NCBI GenBank assembly: GCA_040882925.1
Contig: JBFLJZ010000350.1
Span: 1-32,128, forward strand
From: Desulfuromonadales bacterium
Lineage (GTDB): Bacteria; Desulfobacterota; Desulfuromonadia; Desulfuromonadales; BM103
Direction: 5' to 3'
Length of the DNA: 32,128 bases
Shown: positions 9,906 through 19,032 of the stretch, piece after piece
Position numbering within the stretch: position 1 is the first letter of the stretch
How the letters are laid out: each line of letters starts with the position of its first letter
The notes under the pieces: model-generated
Database searches by the model: none
Told to the model about the DNA's origin: nothing
The model's input: only the letters and a program-made list of their open reading frames with translations
Position numbers and translations under genes: made by a program

Positions 9906-10131
9906 TGCCATTCTAATATCTTATTAAGCCTGCAAGGTTTATTCGAGTTATACTAATAATCTAATAATAAGAAGCTAAAAACACGGCTTCTTCAAGCTGT
10001 TGTTTGGAGCTCTTTACGTTATTATTACTCCAATCAGAAGAACATTAAATTATCTTGCTAAATCTATTCGCTGACATAAACCAGTCAGTAAAGACTCTCA
10101 ATTAAGAGTTGATCCTGAGAGATTTGATTAC

Positions 10132-10986
10132 ATGAGAATTTTGATTCTGGCTATCGGAAAATCTGGCACAACACCACTTTTATACAAGATTGGCGCTGCA
10201 AGGCCTGAACTACAAATTTTCTCAGGTGGGAGGCTGGAGCGTGTTGAGAAGATTCACGGAGATGCTGTCTTTAAATTCACGATGAGCGAAAATAAAGGGC
10301 GAAGCTTCAATGCTTTCATCGATCATCTGAGTCGAGTTGAATACGATCGCAAAATTTGGATCGCTCGCGACCCACGGGACAATGCAATCAGTCGCGTACT
10401 TTTCAGGTGGTACAGAGGCTCTAAAACAGACAAAACCCTTTACAGAGACATGATCAAGATGGTTGAGCAGAAAGAGCAAGATCCTAAATCAATTCCATTT
10501 TATGAACTGATGCGTTATAGGATCAGGAACCAAGAGCCACTTACAGTCGCTGAGGTCGTTGAAACAGAGCGTCGTTCTTTTGCACAAATGCATCGTTTCG
10601 TAGACAACCTAGGTGCTGACTGGTTTATATACAAGTATGAAGATTTTGTGGATAACAACTTTTCTGAATTAAACGATTGTTTAGGTTTTCAAGTTGAAAA
10701 CGACACGAATATTGACAAACACGCTATGAAAGTGGCCCGTAAAAAATCCACTGGGGATTGGCGTCACTGGTACACTGAGGAGGATGTAAAACTTTTCAGG
10801 CCGGTATACAAACCATACATGGACCTATTGGGCTATGATAGCAGTGATTGGGGACTTCATCCCGCTCAAGTTATTGAGCCGAAGTATGCCTCACTGTATT
10901 TAAAAAGCCTGCCAAGAATAAGGAGAGTTAATACCCTGAAAAAATTCAGAAAAAAAATGGCCCGCTTCTTTGTTGCAGACTCTTGA
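10132..10986 (+). CDS. Sulfotransferase family protein (PAPS-dependent)
   Basis: The N-terminal 5'-phosphosulfate-binding loop is ILAIGKSGTTPL, and the 3'-phosphate-binding motif is IARDPRDNAISRV. The gene and its flanks are markedly AT-rich by eye. Confidence 0.7.
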   Translation: MRILILAIGKSGTTPLLYKIGAARPELQIFSGGRLERVEKIHGDAVFKFTMSENKGRSFNAFIDHLSRVEYDRKIWIARDPRDNAISRVLFRWYRGSKTDKTLYRDMIKMVEQKEQDPKSIPFYELMRYRIRNQEPLTVAEVVETERRSFAQMHRFVDNLGADWFIYKYEDFVDNNFSELNDCLGFQVENDTNIDKHAMKVARKKSTGDWRHWYTEEDVKLFRPVYKPYMDLLGYDSSDWGLHPAQVIEPKYASLYLKSLPRIRRVNTLKKFRKKMARFFVADS

Positions 10987-11136
10987 TAATACTGAGAAGC
11001 ACTCAACATTAACAACTTTAATTTACTGAAAAACAAAGCAGTCGCTAGACCCGCTGAGCCTGCCTCTGCCATTTCTCATATAGAATTGTTCCGATGTTTA
11101 TCATGAAATACTTGTTATTTGCTTTATAAACCGTCC

Positions 11137-11844
11137 TCATTTGTATACTTTTGCATAAATATATTCCGCCAACTCCAGGTCCCACAGAGTGTCGATGCTG
11201 AGCATATGCCCTTCAATAACGAGAGCCCCGCAGCGCTCGCCTTTGATACTCTCCTGATAGAGCAAACAGCTGCGTCGGATCGCGTAGGCAACGCCATTGC
11301 GGTGGTAGACTGGAACCAACTGCTGACGGGCAATGATCTGCTTGCCGGCCGCGTCGTAATAATCGAGGCGGCCGTCCGTAACGATCAACTGTTTCAGCGG
11401 GTGCCCCTTGCTGTCAGTTTCCGACACGGTCCAGACTGCGTCCCAGTCCCCTTCAATGAGCATTTGTATGGTGTCCGAGACGTGCTCGGCAGTCCGCAAC
11501 GGCGAGGTCGGCTGCAGCATGACGACAATGTCATAGGTTGTCCCATCCAGTCGTTCCGTCTCGAGCAGGGCGTGGGTCAGGACCTGCAGATCCGAAATGC
11601 GATCTCCTGAGAGCTCTTCGGGACGGGTGAAGGGTGCGTCGAGGCCGGATTCCTGGGCGACCCTGGCGATGTCTTCCGAGTCAGTTGAAACAACCGCCCG
11701 ATCGATTTCTGGAATTTCCCGGACCAAGTGACCGACACGTGCAACCAGCGGTACCCCCAGGAACGGTTTGAGGTTCTTGTGCGGGATCCCCTTGCTGCCA
11801 CCCCGTGCCGGACAAACGACCAGGATACGTGCTCCTTGGATCAT
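11137..11844 (-). CDS. neuA: Acylneuraminate (nonulosonate) cytidylyltransferase, NeuA/CMP-NulO synthetase family
   Basis: The N-terminus ILVVCPARGGSKGIPHKNLKPFLGVPLVA is the CTP_transf_3 signature. Its start overlaps the upstream HAD gene stop (ATGA at 11841-11844). Confidence 0.85.
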   Translation of the reverse strand: MIQGARILVVCPARGGSKGIPHKNLKPFLGVPLVARVGHLVREIPEIDRAVVSTDSEDIARVAQESGLDAPFTRPEELSGDRISDLQVLTHALLETERLDGTTYDIVVMLQPTSPLRTAEHVSDTIQMLIEGDWDAVWTVSETDSKGHPLKQLIVTDGRLDYYDAAGKQIIARQQLVPVYHRNGVAYAIRRSCLLYQESIKGERCGALVIEGHMLSIDTLWDLELAEYIYAKVYK

Positions 11845-12515
11845 AACGGCTCTCCGGAAATTTTCGTTATCAATGCTGGCATTTCGCGCAGGTCTTCAAT
11901 AACCAGTGCTGCTTCGGTAATCGATGAGGCGGCCCGGTCTGCCAGCATGGCGACAAAATGGCAGCCGATTTGCTCGGCAGCGCGCTGGTCGTCAAGCTGG
12001 TCGCCAACATGAACGATTTCGCCAGGTTCGGCCCCGGTTGCCATGGCAATCGCCAAAAGATTGTCCGCTTTGGCGGCCTCCGCACCATAGGAGCCGTGGA
12101 AAATCTTTTCCCAGCGGCGCAGTGACAAAAGACGCTGTAATGGTTTGATCGGTGTCGCCGAATTGACGAACAAGCGTAGCCGCGTGTCGGCCAGGCGCAC
12201 CAGCATCTGCCCGGCACCGGGCATTTCCGGGCACCTGGAGATGGCAGCTTCACATCTCTCGGTATAGTTGTCTGCGAGTCGTTCCGCCCATTTTTCCAGG
12301 TCAGATCCGGGTGGTAGTAAATTCTGTTGTGTCAGGGCTTCTGCGATCCTTCTGGTTTTTTCATAACGATTGGCCGATGGCCAGCGTTCGAGGACATCAC
12401 CCGCGATCGCCCCGGAAGGGTCCCAGGACCGGGCAATCTCGAAAAAAGTTTCCCGCTTGATGGAATTGGAGTCGACCAGGGTTCCATCAAAATCGAAGAC
12501 GACGCATTTCACCAT
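11841..12515 (-). CDS. HAD-superfamily phosphatase (phosphoglycolate-phosphatase-like)
   Basis: HAD motif I is VVFDFDGTLVDS and motif IV is VHVGDQLDDQRAA. It sits between the NeuB-like and NeuA-like genes. Confidence 0.85.
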   Translation of the reverse strand: MVKCVVFDFDGTLVDSNSIKRETFFEIARSWDPSGAIAGDVLERWPSANRYEKTRRIAEALTQQNLLPPGSDLEKWAERLADNYTERCEAAISRCPEMPGAGQMLVRLADTRLRLFVNSATPIKPLQRLLSLRRWEKIFHGSYGAEAAKADNLLAIAMATGAEPGEIVHVGDQLDDQRAAEQIGCHFVAMLADRAASSITEAALVIEDLREMPALITKISGEPL

Positions 12516-12532
12516 TGTCTTAAGATGGTCGA

Positions 12533-14080
12533 TCAGGCTTCTTTGTTGCTGACCTTGTCTTTGAGCTGGAAACGTCCCCAGTGATCGACCACCGTCTTCC
12601 TTTCGGCACGCGACAGTTTGTTGATGCTTTTGTCTTCGTAGAAAGAGTCGTTGTCGTGATCACGGCTGGAGATTTCCTCGAAGATGACGCCGTTTTCGGT
12701 GCCGAACGAGTGCCAGACACCCGGCATAACAACCACGCTCTCGCCCGGGACCAGGGTTCGATGGTGTCCGTCCACGGTGCATTCCAGCTGCCCGTAAAGC
12801 ACCTGGAAAGTCTCCTCCTTCAGGGCGTGGTAGTGAGACGGGTGCTGCTGCCCTGGCAGCTGTACGACCAACTTCTTGCAGTAATCGCGGGTGACACATT
12901 CAATTAGGACGGCACCGGTTTCGCGGAACTTCGGGATGCCGTAGTGATGCGAGTATTCGACTTTGAACTCCGGACCGAGATGGATCCTCGCTTCGTTGAG
13001 CATCGCCTTGACCTCGTGGACGGCGTGCTTGATCACCAGTTCGTCCTCCGACCCCGGACGGTCGACCTTCTCTTCAAGGATCGGCTTGTTCGCAGCAACA
13101 TCGTTTTTGCTGACAATGCCCGGCTTGAAGCTGCCGCTATCCAGTTGCCCGTCGAGGTAGGGGATCGCGAAGTAGACTTGGTTACTTTCGATCACGGCAC
13201 CCTTGCGGATCCTGCGTTTTGCATAGACACCGCGCTTGAGCCCATCTATAGCGTTCTGTTCAGCCTCAGAGGCCGGCTGGCGTTCCCTTGGCCCACACAG
13301 GACCTGGGCTCTCAGTTTGGCCGAAATCCACTCGGCAATCTGCTCAGGTGTTGATGAATAGGCATTAAGCGGCGCGTCGTCCTTTGCAATGCCGACGTGG
13401 CGTTCGAAAAGTTCAGCACCCAGCGCGACAGCCAGTTGCACGGGTGTCATATCCGACGGCGACTCATGGGTGGACCAGCCGATGTGAATGCCGGGATAAC
13501 GACTGCGCAACAGACCAATCTGACGCATGTTCATGTTTGCATCGGGCGTCGGATAGATGGCTACACAGTGCATGATCGCGAAGCGAACACCCCGGTGTTC
13601 GAAGAAGCTGACCAGATTGTCGATGTCGCGAAGGCTCAAGCCGCCGGTTGAAAAAATCACCGGCTTGCCGGCGTCTGCGACTTTCTCGAGAAGCGGCCAG
13701 TCCCTGCCGGAGCAACTTGCCACCTTGATGACATCGAAACCCATCTGGCAAATAACGTCCACCGAGGCCTCGTCAAAGGGGGTGCACATGGTGACCAGCC
13801 CCTGCGAACCGACTTCGTCGAGCAGGACCTGGAAGTCGTCTCGGGACAGGCGCGTCGACAGAAAGCGCTGGACCTGTTTGTGGTCGCTGTTCTGCTGGTG
13901 GTCCCGGTGGATGAAAGTGTCGAGCTGCCGAAACTGGAATTTTAGCGCGGCGCGTGCGCCCTGTTCCTTGACGACTTTGGCGAAGGAGCGGACGATATTG
14001 AGACCGTGCTCGACGTCACCCTGGTGGTTGTTGGCCATATCCAGGACGAGAAGATCCTTGAAATCAAATTTACTTTTCAC
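12533..14080 (-). CDS. NeuB-family nonulosonate (sialic acid/Kdn-type) synthase with SAF domain, fused to a C-terminal cupin (D-lyxose/D-mannose isomerase-like) domain
   Basis: NeuB features are LDMANNHQGD, ALKFQF, IKVASCS, KPVIFSTGG, IMHCVAIYPTP and GWSTHE. The SAF-like segment is GVYAKRRIRKGAVIE. The C-terminal cupin motifs are GQQHPSHYHALKEETFQVLYG and PGESVVVMPGVWHSFGTEN. Confidence 0.8.
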   Translation of the reverse strand: MKSKFDFKDLLVLDMANNHQGDVEHGLNIVRSFAKVVKEQGARAALKFQFRQLDTFIHRDHQQNSDHKQVQRFLSTRLSRDDFQVLLDEVGSQGLVTMCTPFDEASVDVICQMGFDVIKVASCSGRDWPLLEKVADAGKPVIFSTGGLSLRDIDNLVSFFEHRGVRFAIMHCVAIYPTPDANMNMRQIGLLRSRYPGIHIGWSTHESPSDMTPVQLAVALGAELFERHVGIAKDDAPLNAYSSTPEQIAEWISAKLRAQVLCGPRERQPASEAEQNAIDGLKRGVYAKRRIRKGAVIESNQVYFAIPYLDGQLDSGSFKPGIVSKNDVAANKPILEEKVDRPGSEDELVIKHAVHEVKAMLNEARIHLGPEFKVEYSHHYGIPKFRETGAVLIECVTRDYCKKLVVQLPGQQHPSHYHALKEETFQVLYGQLECTVDGHHRTLVPGESVVVMPGVWHSFGTENGVIFEEISSRDHDNDSFYEDKSINKLSRAERKTVVDHWGRFQLKDKVSNKEA

Positions 14081-14092
14081 GTCATCCTCCGT

Positions 14093-15184
14093 TTAACGTG
14101 ACGAATCCAGCGTCAGGGCATTGAGTGAATACCCTTTGTTGTAGTCAATGAGAACCTTTTGCCCATGGCGGTTTGCCAGGTGTGCCGCGGCGACGACCAG
14201 CATGGTGTCGAGACCACATTCCAGGCCCAGAGGGCTCTCTTTTGCCCCACCCTCAAGGGCTGTTTGCAGGTGTTTGAGTTCGGCAATAAAATCGTCCGGT
14301 CGGGTCTTCTTGAAGACGACTTCCTCCTGCTGACCTTTGCCACTCTGCCAGACGAGACGATCTTCAGCGCCGATGGTGAGATCAATATAGCCGTCTTTAC
14401 CCTGGATGCGCCCCCATTTGCGGGCCGGCTTGGTGACCACATCCTGCACGACTCGACCAAACAGACCATTTTCTGTCTTCAGGTTCAACAGACACAGCTT
14501 GTCATAATCGACAGTTGCGGTCTTGATATATTCCAGACTGGCGGAAACTTCGGTGACGCGCCCGGTCTTCAGGCTGTGGGCCAGGTGCTGCCAAAGGTTG
14601 ATGGCGTGTGAATGTTCGCCGCTGGCGCCACCGCCTTTCTGCCAGAAGCCGAGATAGGTGTCCTGGGGACCGTCGAGCCAAGGGTGAGCGGTGAAAATGC
14701 CACCCCAATGTTCACGGAATTCGACATCGAGGGTTTCGGTGGGGCCGATCTGCGGAATCAGTTCAACCGCTTTCTCAGCAACCATGCTGACGACATGGTT
14801 GTAACCAACGAAAACCTGTACCCCGGTCTGATGCGCAAGCTTTAAGAGCTCATCCGCCCGTTCCAGTTCCGGGGTGCAGAGCGGTTTCTCAACCAGTACG
14901 GCCTGCGGTTTTTCGGCGATTGCCCGGATGGCAAGGTCCATGTGCGAGTCGGGTGGGGTACCGATGAAAATCAGGTCGAAGCCGTCGCGGGGAGCTTCTT
15001 CGTTGGTGCATAGCCGAATCGATTCATCCCATTGGCCGTAGCGTGCCGGGAATATCTCCTTTTTTGTCCGTTGCAGCGCAGCAGGATCCAGATCGCACAT
15101 GGTGACGTCCCAGCCCATGCGGCGTGAGGCGTGTGCCAGGTGGTTGCCGATTGATCCGGCCCCGAGAATCTTTACATTATACAT
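14093..15184 (-). CDS. Gfo/Idh/MocA-family NAD(P)-dependent oxidoreductase
   Basis: Rossmann N-terminus VKILGAGSIGNHLA, a conserved VLVEKPL motif, and VGYNH. Confidence 0.8.
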   Translation of the reverse strand: MYNVKILGAGSIGNHLAHASRRMGWDVTMCDLDPAALQRTKKEIFPARYGQWDESIRLCTNEEAPRDGFDLIFIGTPPDSHMDLAIRAIAEKPQAVLVEKPLCTPELERADELLKLAHQTGVQVFVGYNHVVSMVAEKAVELIPQIGPTETLDVEFREHWGGIFTAHPWLDGPQDTYLGFWQKGGGASGEHSHAINLWQHLAHSLKTGRVTEVSASLEYIKTATVDYDKLCLLNLKTENGLFGRVVQDVVTKPARKWGRIQGKDGYIDLTIGAEDRLVWQSGKGQQEEVVFKKTRPDDFIAELKHLQTALEGGAKESPLGLECGLDTMLVVAAAHLANRHGQKVLIDYNKGYSLNALTLDSSR

Positions 15185-15218
15185 TAACAGTCTCCGATAA
15201 GTTTTCGTTATTAATATA

Positions 15219-16592
15219 TTAATCTTTATTGAATATCCAGTACAAATGCTGCGAATGCTTTTTCACCTTCAGCCCGTCGAAGCGTCCCAGCAGTTGGCCG
15301 AACCGGTCGATGATCGCCGAGATTTCTTCCGCCGTGATCCCGGGGAAGCGGTGGTCGTGCAGGGCAATGTTGTTGCGATGTCCGGGACGACGCATGTTGA
15401 TGCGCTTTTCGATGGTGCGCTTCTGCGTTTTATACCAACCGCTGATTCGATCAGCAAGTGGCGGGGCGGAGGGGTGCTTGTCCCGGTAACCGCCTTCGTC
15501 CAGAACGTCGACGATTCGATCGGCGGCAAGACGTCCTTCAAGGGCGGCAATGTGCGGCTCCAGAGCCGCTTTCCGTACTGCATAGTCCAACGGCCCGATC
15601 CGGCCATCGACAATTTCCCGGACCGTTGACAGCAGTTCATCGACGGTGTAAACGCGCCGGCTGACATCGCGGGTAATGGGGAAATCGTATTCATCGACAG
15701 TGACCGGTTCAAAATTCACCCCTGCGGTGCCGAGGATCGCCGATTCCACCAGGGTGGTGCAGCCGTTGGCGACCACAACTTTGGCGGCCATCAGCCAGGG
15801 GTGGACATTCCCCTCGTTGGTCACCAGTAGATTGGGGTGAGCTTCGGCTATTTTCTTCCAGATTTCCTGACTTTCGGAAGGGTGGGGTCGAAGCACAATC
15901 GTGTAGTCAGCGAATGCATCGCAGAAGACCGGCAGCATTTTTTTGAAATGTTCGAAGATGGCGAGTTTATGGCGCCCCTTGCCGGCATCAAAAGGATCGA
16001 CTTTGCCTGTCTTCTCCGTTTCAGCAGCATTCTTGAGTTCACCGAGTTGTTCGTAATAGTGATTGACCTTGCTGAAGTTGGTGTTAATCAGGATGAAGTC
16101 GCCATACTGTTCGCGGATGACATTTGCTTGCGGACGATAGTAGTCGCGCAGCTCGGGCCGCAGGAGGTCGATCCTGGGGTTGCCGGTGACCCGGATCGGC
16201 GTATCGCCGTAGCCGCTGAAAGAGCGGAATGCCCGGGCATTGTCTTCACCCCAGGTGGTCAGGTAGGCAATGCGACGCATGGCCACGGCAGACAGACGCC
16301 AGCGATGGTAAATGGCGTCCGGTTCGCGTAGCAGGCCTTCTTCGTCCCAGGCCAGGATCTCATGGCCGGTCTGGTTGAGGAGCTTGAACATCCGGTCACT
16401 GCGGGTTTTCATGCTTTTTGCCATGTAGACCCCGCGGGGCACGGAGGCGGTTTTAAAGTGGATATATGCGCGCGAGCCGATCAGGACCGGGTAGCCACGC
16501 TCGGCCGCCACGGATGAAAGGAGGATTTTAGCGTCCATCTCGCGCACCTGGTTCTCGACCGGCATGATGATCGTAGAGGGGGATGCTGCCAT
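15219..16592 (-). CDS. Surface-carbohydrate biosynthesis protein; putative ulosonic-acid/sialyl-type transferase (GT-B-like with HP motif)
   Basis: 457 aa and soluble. It resembles the surface-carbohydrate biosynthesis family that accompanies NeuB/NeuA genes and contains LRPHPSE (an HP motif as in sialyl-, Kdo- and glycerophosphotransferases). The function is inferred from context only. Confidence 0.45.
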   Translation of the reverse strand: MAASPSTIIMPVENQVREMDAKILLSSVAAERGYPVLIGSRAYIHFKTASVPRGVYMAKSMKTRSDRMFKLLNQTGHEILAWDEEGLLREPDAIYHRWRLSAVAMRRIAYLTTWGEDNARAFRSFSGYGDTPIRVTGNPRIDLLRPELRDYYRPQANVIREQYGDFILINTNFSKVNHYYEQLGELKNAAETEKTGKVDPFDAGKGRHKLAIFEHFKKMLPVFCDAFADYTIVLRPHPSESQEIWKKIAEAHPNLLVTNEGNVHPWLMAAKVVVANGCTTLVESAILGTAGVNFEPVTVDEYDFPITRDVSRRVYTVDELLSTVREIVDGRIGPLDYAVRKAALEPHIAALEGRLAADRIVDVLDEGGYRDKHPSAPPLADRISGWYKTQKRTIEKRINMRRPGHRNNIALHDHRFPGITAEEISAIIDRFGQLLGRFDGLKVKKHSQHLYWIFNKD

Positions 16593-16616
16593 GAACGGAC
16601 TACTCCTGGGTCGCCA

Positions 16617-17792
16617 TCATTGCTTGATTTCGGCAAATGACTGCAGAAGATAATTGATCTGGTCGGATGTGTGAGCGGCACTGACGCTACACCGCAACAG
16701 GCTCATTCCGGCCGGCGCGGCAGGGGGGAAAACCAGATTGACATAGATCCCCTTGTCGAGCAGCGCGTTCCACGCGAGCAAGGTCATTTCCCTGGACGGC
16801 ATCCTGATGGCGACAACCGGGCTGAGATCGGGCCCGAGTTCGAAACCCAGGTCTTTGAGACCACCATAGAGCAGTGATGCGTTATTCCATAGCCTGGTGC
16901 GCAATTCGGGTTTTGCCTGTATGACCTGCAATGCCTGACGCACGGAAGCGGTCGTCGACGGGGATGGCGACGCCGTGAACACGTAGGAGCGACAGACGTA
17001 GCGCACCAGATCCAGTTCCGCGTGGTTGCTGACGCAATAGCCGCCGATCGAGCCGAGACTTTTGCTGAAAGTGCCGATGATGAAGTCGACGTCCTGCTCG
17101 ACGCCGACCGCCTCGGCCATGCCGCGTCCGGTGTCGCCCATCACGCCCATGGAGTGAGCTTCATCCACTAGCAGCCAGGCGCCGTATTTCCTTTTCAGGG
17201 CTGCGATCTCGGCCAGGGGAGCGCAATCACCAAGCATACTGTAAATGCCCTCGGCGATAATCAGGGTTTTCTCGGCCTTCGCGCCAAGCCGCTTGAGCTT
17301 CTTCTCGAGATCATCGACTGAGTTATGACGAAAACGGATCATCTCGGCACCGCTCATCTTGCAAGCGTCGTAAATGCTGGCGTGGGAGTCAGCGTCCAGA
17401 ACAATGACATCGCCGGGTCCGGCCAGGGTGGAAATCACGCCAAGGTTGGCAACGAATCCGGTCGAGAAGACGATGGCATCGCTGCAGTCGTAGAAACTGG
17501 CCAGGTCTCGTTCCAGGTCACGATGCCCGGCGAAGGTGCCATTGGCCATACGCGAGCCGGTTGTGCCTGTCCCGTCCTTCTCCAGGCTGGACCGGGCGGC
17601 CTGGATGCACTGCGGATCGAAGGTCAGGCCAAGGTAGTTGTTGGTCCCGGCCAGAAGCACGCGCTGCCCGTTGATTGACGCTTCGGTCGGGGAATAGATT
17701 TCATCGATGACGACGTTGAAAGGGTCGACTCCGTCCGGGAGCAGGGTTTTTCGTGTTTCTGCAATCGTGTTCAGTTTGTCAAGAAGTCCCAT
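16617..17792 (-). CDS. spt: PLP-dependent alpha-oxoamine synthase, serine palmitoyltransferase-like
   Basis: BioF/KBL/SPT family: GTNNYLGL, VDEAHSMG and the PLP-lysine motif GTFSKSLGSIGG. The start codon overlaps the ACP stop (TAATG at 17790-17794). Amino-acid substrate specificity cannot be read from the sequence. Confidence 0.75.
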   Translation of the reverse strand: MGLLDKLNTIAETRKTLLPDGVDPFNVVIDEIYSPTEASINGQRVLLAGTNNYLGLTFDPQCIQAARSSLEKDGTGTTGSRMANGTFAGHRDLERDLASFYDCSDAIVFSTGFVANLGVISTLAGPGDVIVLDADSHASIYDACKMSGAEMIRFRHNSVDDLEKKLKRLGAKAEKTLIIAEGIYSMLGDCAPLAEIAALKRKYGAWLLVDEAHSMGVMGDTGRGMAEAVGVEQDVDFIIGTFSKSLGSIGGYCVSNHAELDLVRYVCRSYVFTASPSPSTTASVRQALQVIQAKPELRTRLWNNASLLYGGLKDLGFELGPDLSPVVAIRMPSREMTLLAWNALLDKGIYVNLVFPPAAPAGMSLLRCSVSAAHTSDQINYLLQSFAEIKQ

Positions 17793-18073
17793 TAAGTCGT
17801 CTCGATAATCTCTTGGATTTTTAAAGTAAAGTCCTTGACTGTCCGTAATTCCGGGAGGCTGTTGAGCGGGTAGCTGATGTCAAAGGTGTCTTCAACGTCA
17901 TGCAGCATCTCCATGACTCTGAGCGAATCAAAGCCCAAATCGTTGACCAGTTCCGTCTCTTCGCTGATCGGTACCGGTCTTGGAGCGTATTCTTCAAGAA
18001 GCCTGATGACCTGTTTGTAGATCTCGCCGTATTGAGGGTTTGTCATGCCGGTCGAACTCCAATCTGTCAGCAT
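17792..18073 (-). CDS. Acyl carrier protein
   Basis: The phosphopantetheine attachment motif DLGFDSLRVMEM sits in a small acidic protein. A start at ATG 18046 (MTNPQYGEIY..., preceded by TGGAG) is at least as likely as 18073, which overlaps the upstream stop (ATGCTGA). Confidence 0.85.
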   Translation of the reverse strand: MLTDWSSTGMTNPQYGEIYKQVIRLLEEYAPRPVPISEETELVNDLGFDSLRVMEMLHDVEDTFDISYPLNSLPELRTVKDFTLKIQEIIETT

Positions 18074-18996
18074 CCTGACGGAAACAGGCGCTGCATTCCT
18101 TCACCGAACAGGATCCGGGGCTGCCAATCGGTTGCCTCGGTGATTGCGGTATTGTCACAGACCCAGTTCGGATGAAAAAGTTCTCTGACTTTGCCCGGTG
18201 TCAGCATCGGCCGGTAACCAATCAGGCGCGCCAGGCCTGTATTGGCGAGGGCGAACATGTGCAGCGGAGACCGAGGGATTACAAGACAGCGGGGTTTCCT
18301 GTTGTTCAGAAGGGTTGCAACCTTCACAATATCCGGCCAAGTATAGCCACCAGGGTGTCCGTCATGCAACTCAAAACAACGGTTTTTCGATGCTGGGGCC
18401 GATCTCAGCAGGCAACTGACCGCGGCAACCAGGTCGTCGACATGAATCAGTGAAAATCTGGCCTGCTTTGTTCCAATCTGCGGCACGATGCCACGCTTGA
18501 TCAGTTTCAACAGGGGTAGCATCTCGCGGTCTCCCGGTCCATAGACCGCCGGAGGACGCAGTATATCACAGGAGATCCCTATGTGGCAGTTCTCAAGGGT
18601 CTCTTCGCCTGACCTTTTGCTTGATGCATAGGCAGAGAGGGCCGGTTCGCGTGCGGCCAGGGAAGACATCAACAAAAATCGCGGGATATTCTCTGCCACA
18701 GCGGCCTTGAGCAGGTGGGTCACACCAGCCGCATTGGATGCCTCGAACTGCTGCGGCGACGCGCCGCGCACCGCCCCGGCGCAATGGACCACCGCATCAG
18801 CCCCGGCTACCAGTCCGCGCAGGCTATCGATATCATCGATGTCGCCGGGGTGCCATTGAACTGAATCCGTCGAGCCGGGAGAAGGCGTTTTCGCGGGGCG
18901 GTAGAGGGCCTTGACCAGGAAACCTTCTGCAACCAGATGCCTGAGCAGAACGGTGCCGATAAAGCCCGTTGCTCCTGTTACTGCTATTGTGAGCAC
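18067..18996 (-). CDS. NAD(P)-dependent epimerase/dehydratase-family SDR; candidate 3-keto(sphingoid/ceramide) reductase (CerR-like)
   Basis: The Rossmann motif is IAVTGATGFIGTVL and the catalytic YxxxK is YASSK. It is positioned between the FAAL and ACP/SPT genes, as in the Caulobacter crescentus sphingolipid cluster. Confidence 0.6.
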   Translation of the reverse strand: MLTIAVTGATGFIGTVLLRHLVAEGFLVKALYRPAKTPSPGSTDSVQWHPGDIDDIDSLRGLVAGADAVVHCAGAVRGASPQQFEASNAAGVTHLLKAAVAENIPRFLLMSSLAAREPALSAYASSKRSGEETLENCHIGISCDILRPPAVYGPGDREMLPLLKLIKRGIVPQIGTKQARFSLIHVDDLVAAVSCLLRSAPASKNRCFELHDGHPGGYTWPDIVKVATLLNNRKPRCLVIPRSPLHMFALANTGLARLIGYRPMLTPGKVRELFHPNWVCDNTAITEATDWQPRILFGEGMQRLFPSGC

Positions 18997-19032
18997 AGTC
19001 GAGATCGTTCTTTGGAAAATTTCAAGCTTTAT

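Noticed and set aside
9969-9992. A 7-bp inverted repeat, AAGAAGC / GCTTCTT, with a 10-nt loop, about 64 nt after the GT4 stop.
   Set aside because: The stem is short and AT-rich, the loop is large, and no U-tract follows. It could be a weak terminator but is not supportable as a feature.
7325-10986. Reading the PLD-family gene and its neighbours as an anti-phage defence island.
   Set aside because: No partner genes typical of defence systems (helicase, methyltransferase, ATPase, toxin-antitoxin, integrase) are present. The neighbours are a glycosyltransferase and a sulfotransferase, so a lipid or glycan tailoring role fits better. A nuclease function for the PLD protein is not formally excluded.
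11119-11610. A 163-aa plus-strand ORF antisense to the neuA-like gene.
   Set aside because: The minus-strand product has the PARGGSKGIPHKN cytidylyltransferase signature and is translationally coupled to the HAD gene. The plus-strand ORF is a shadow.
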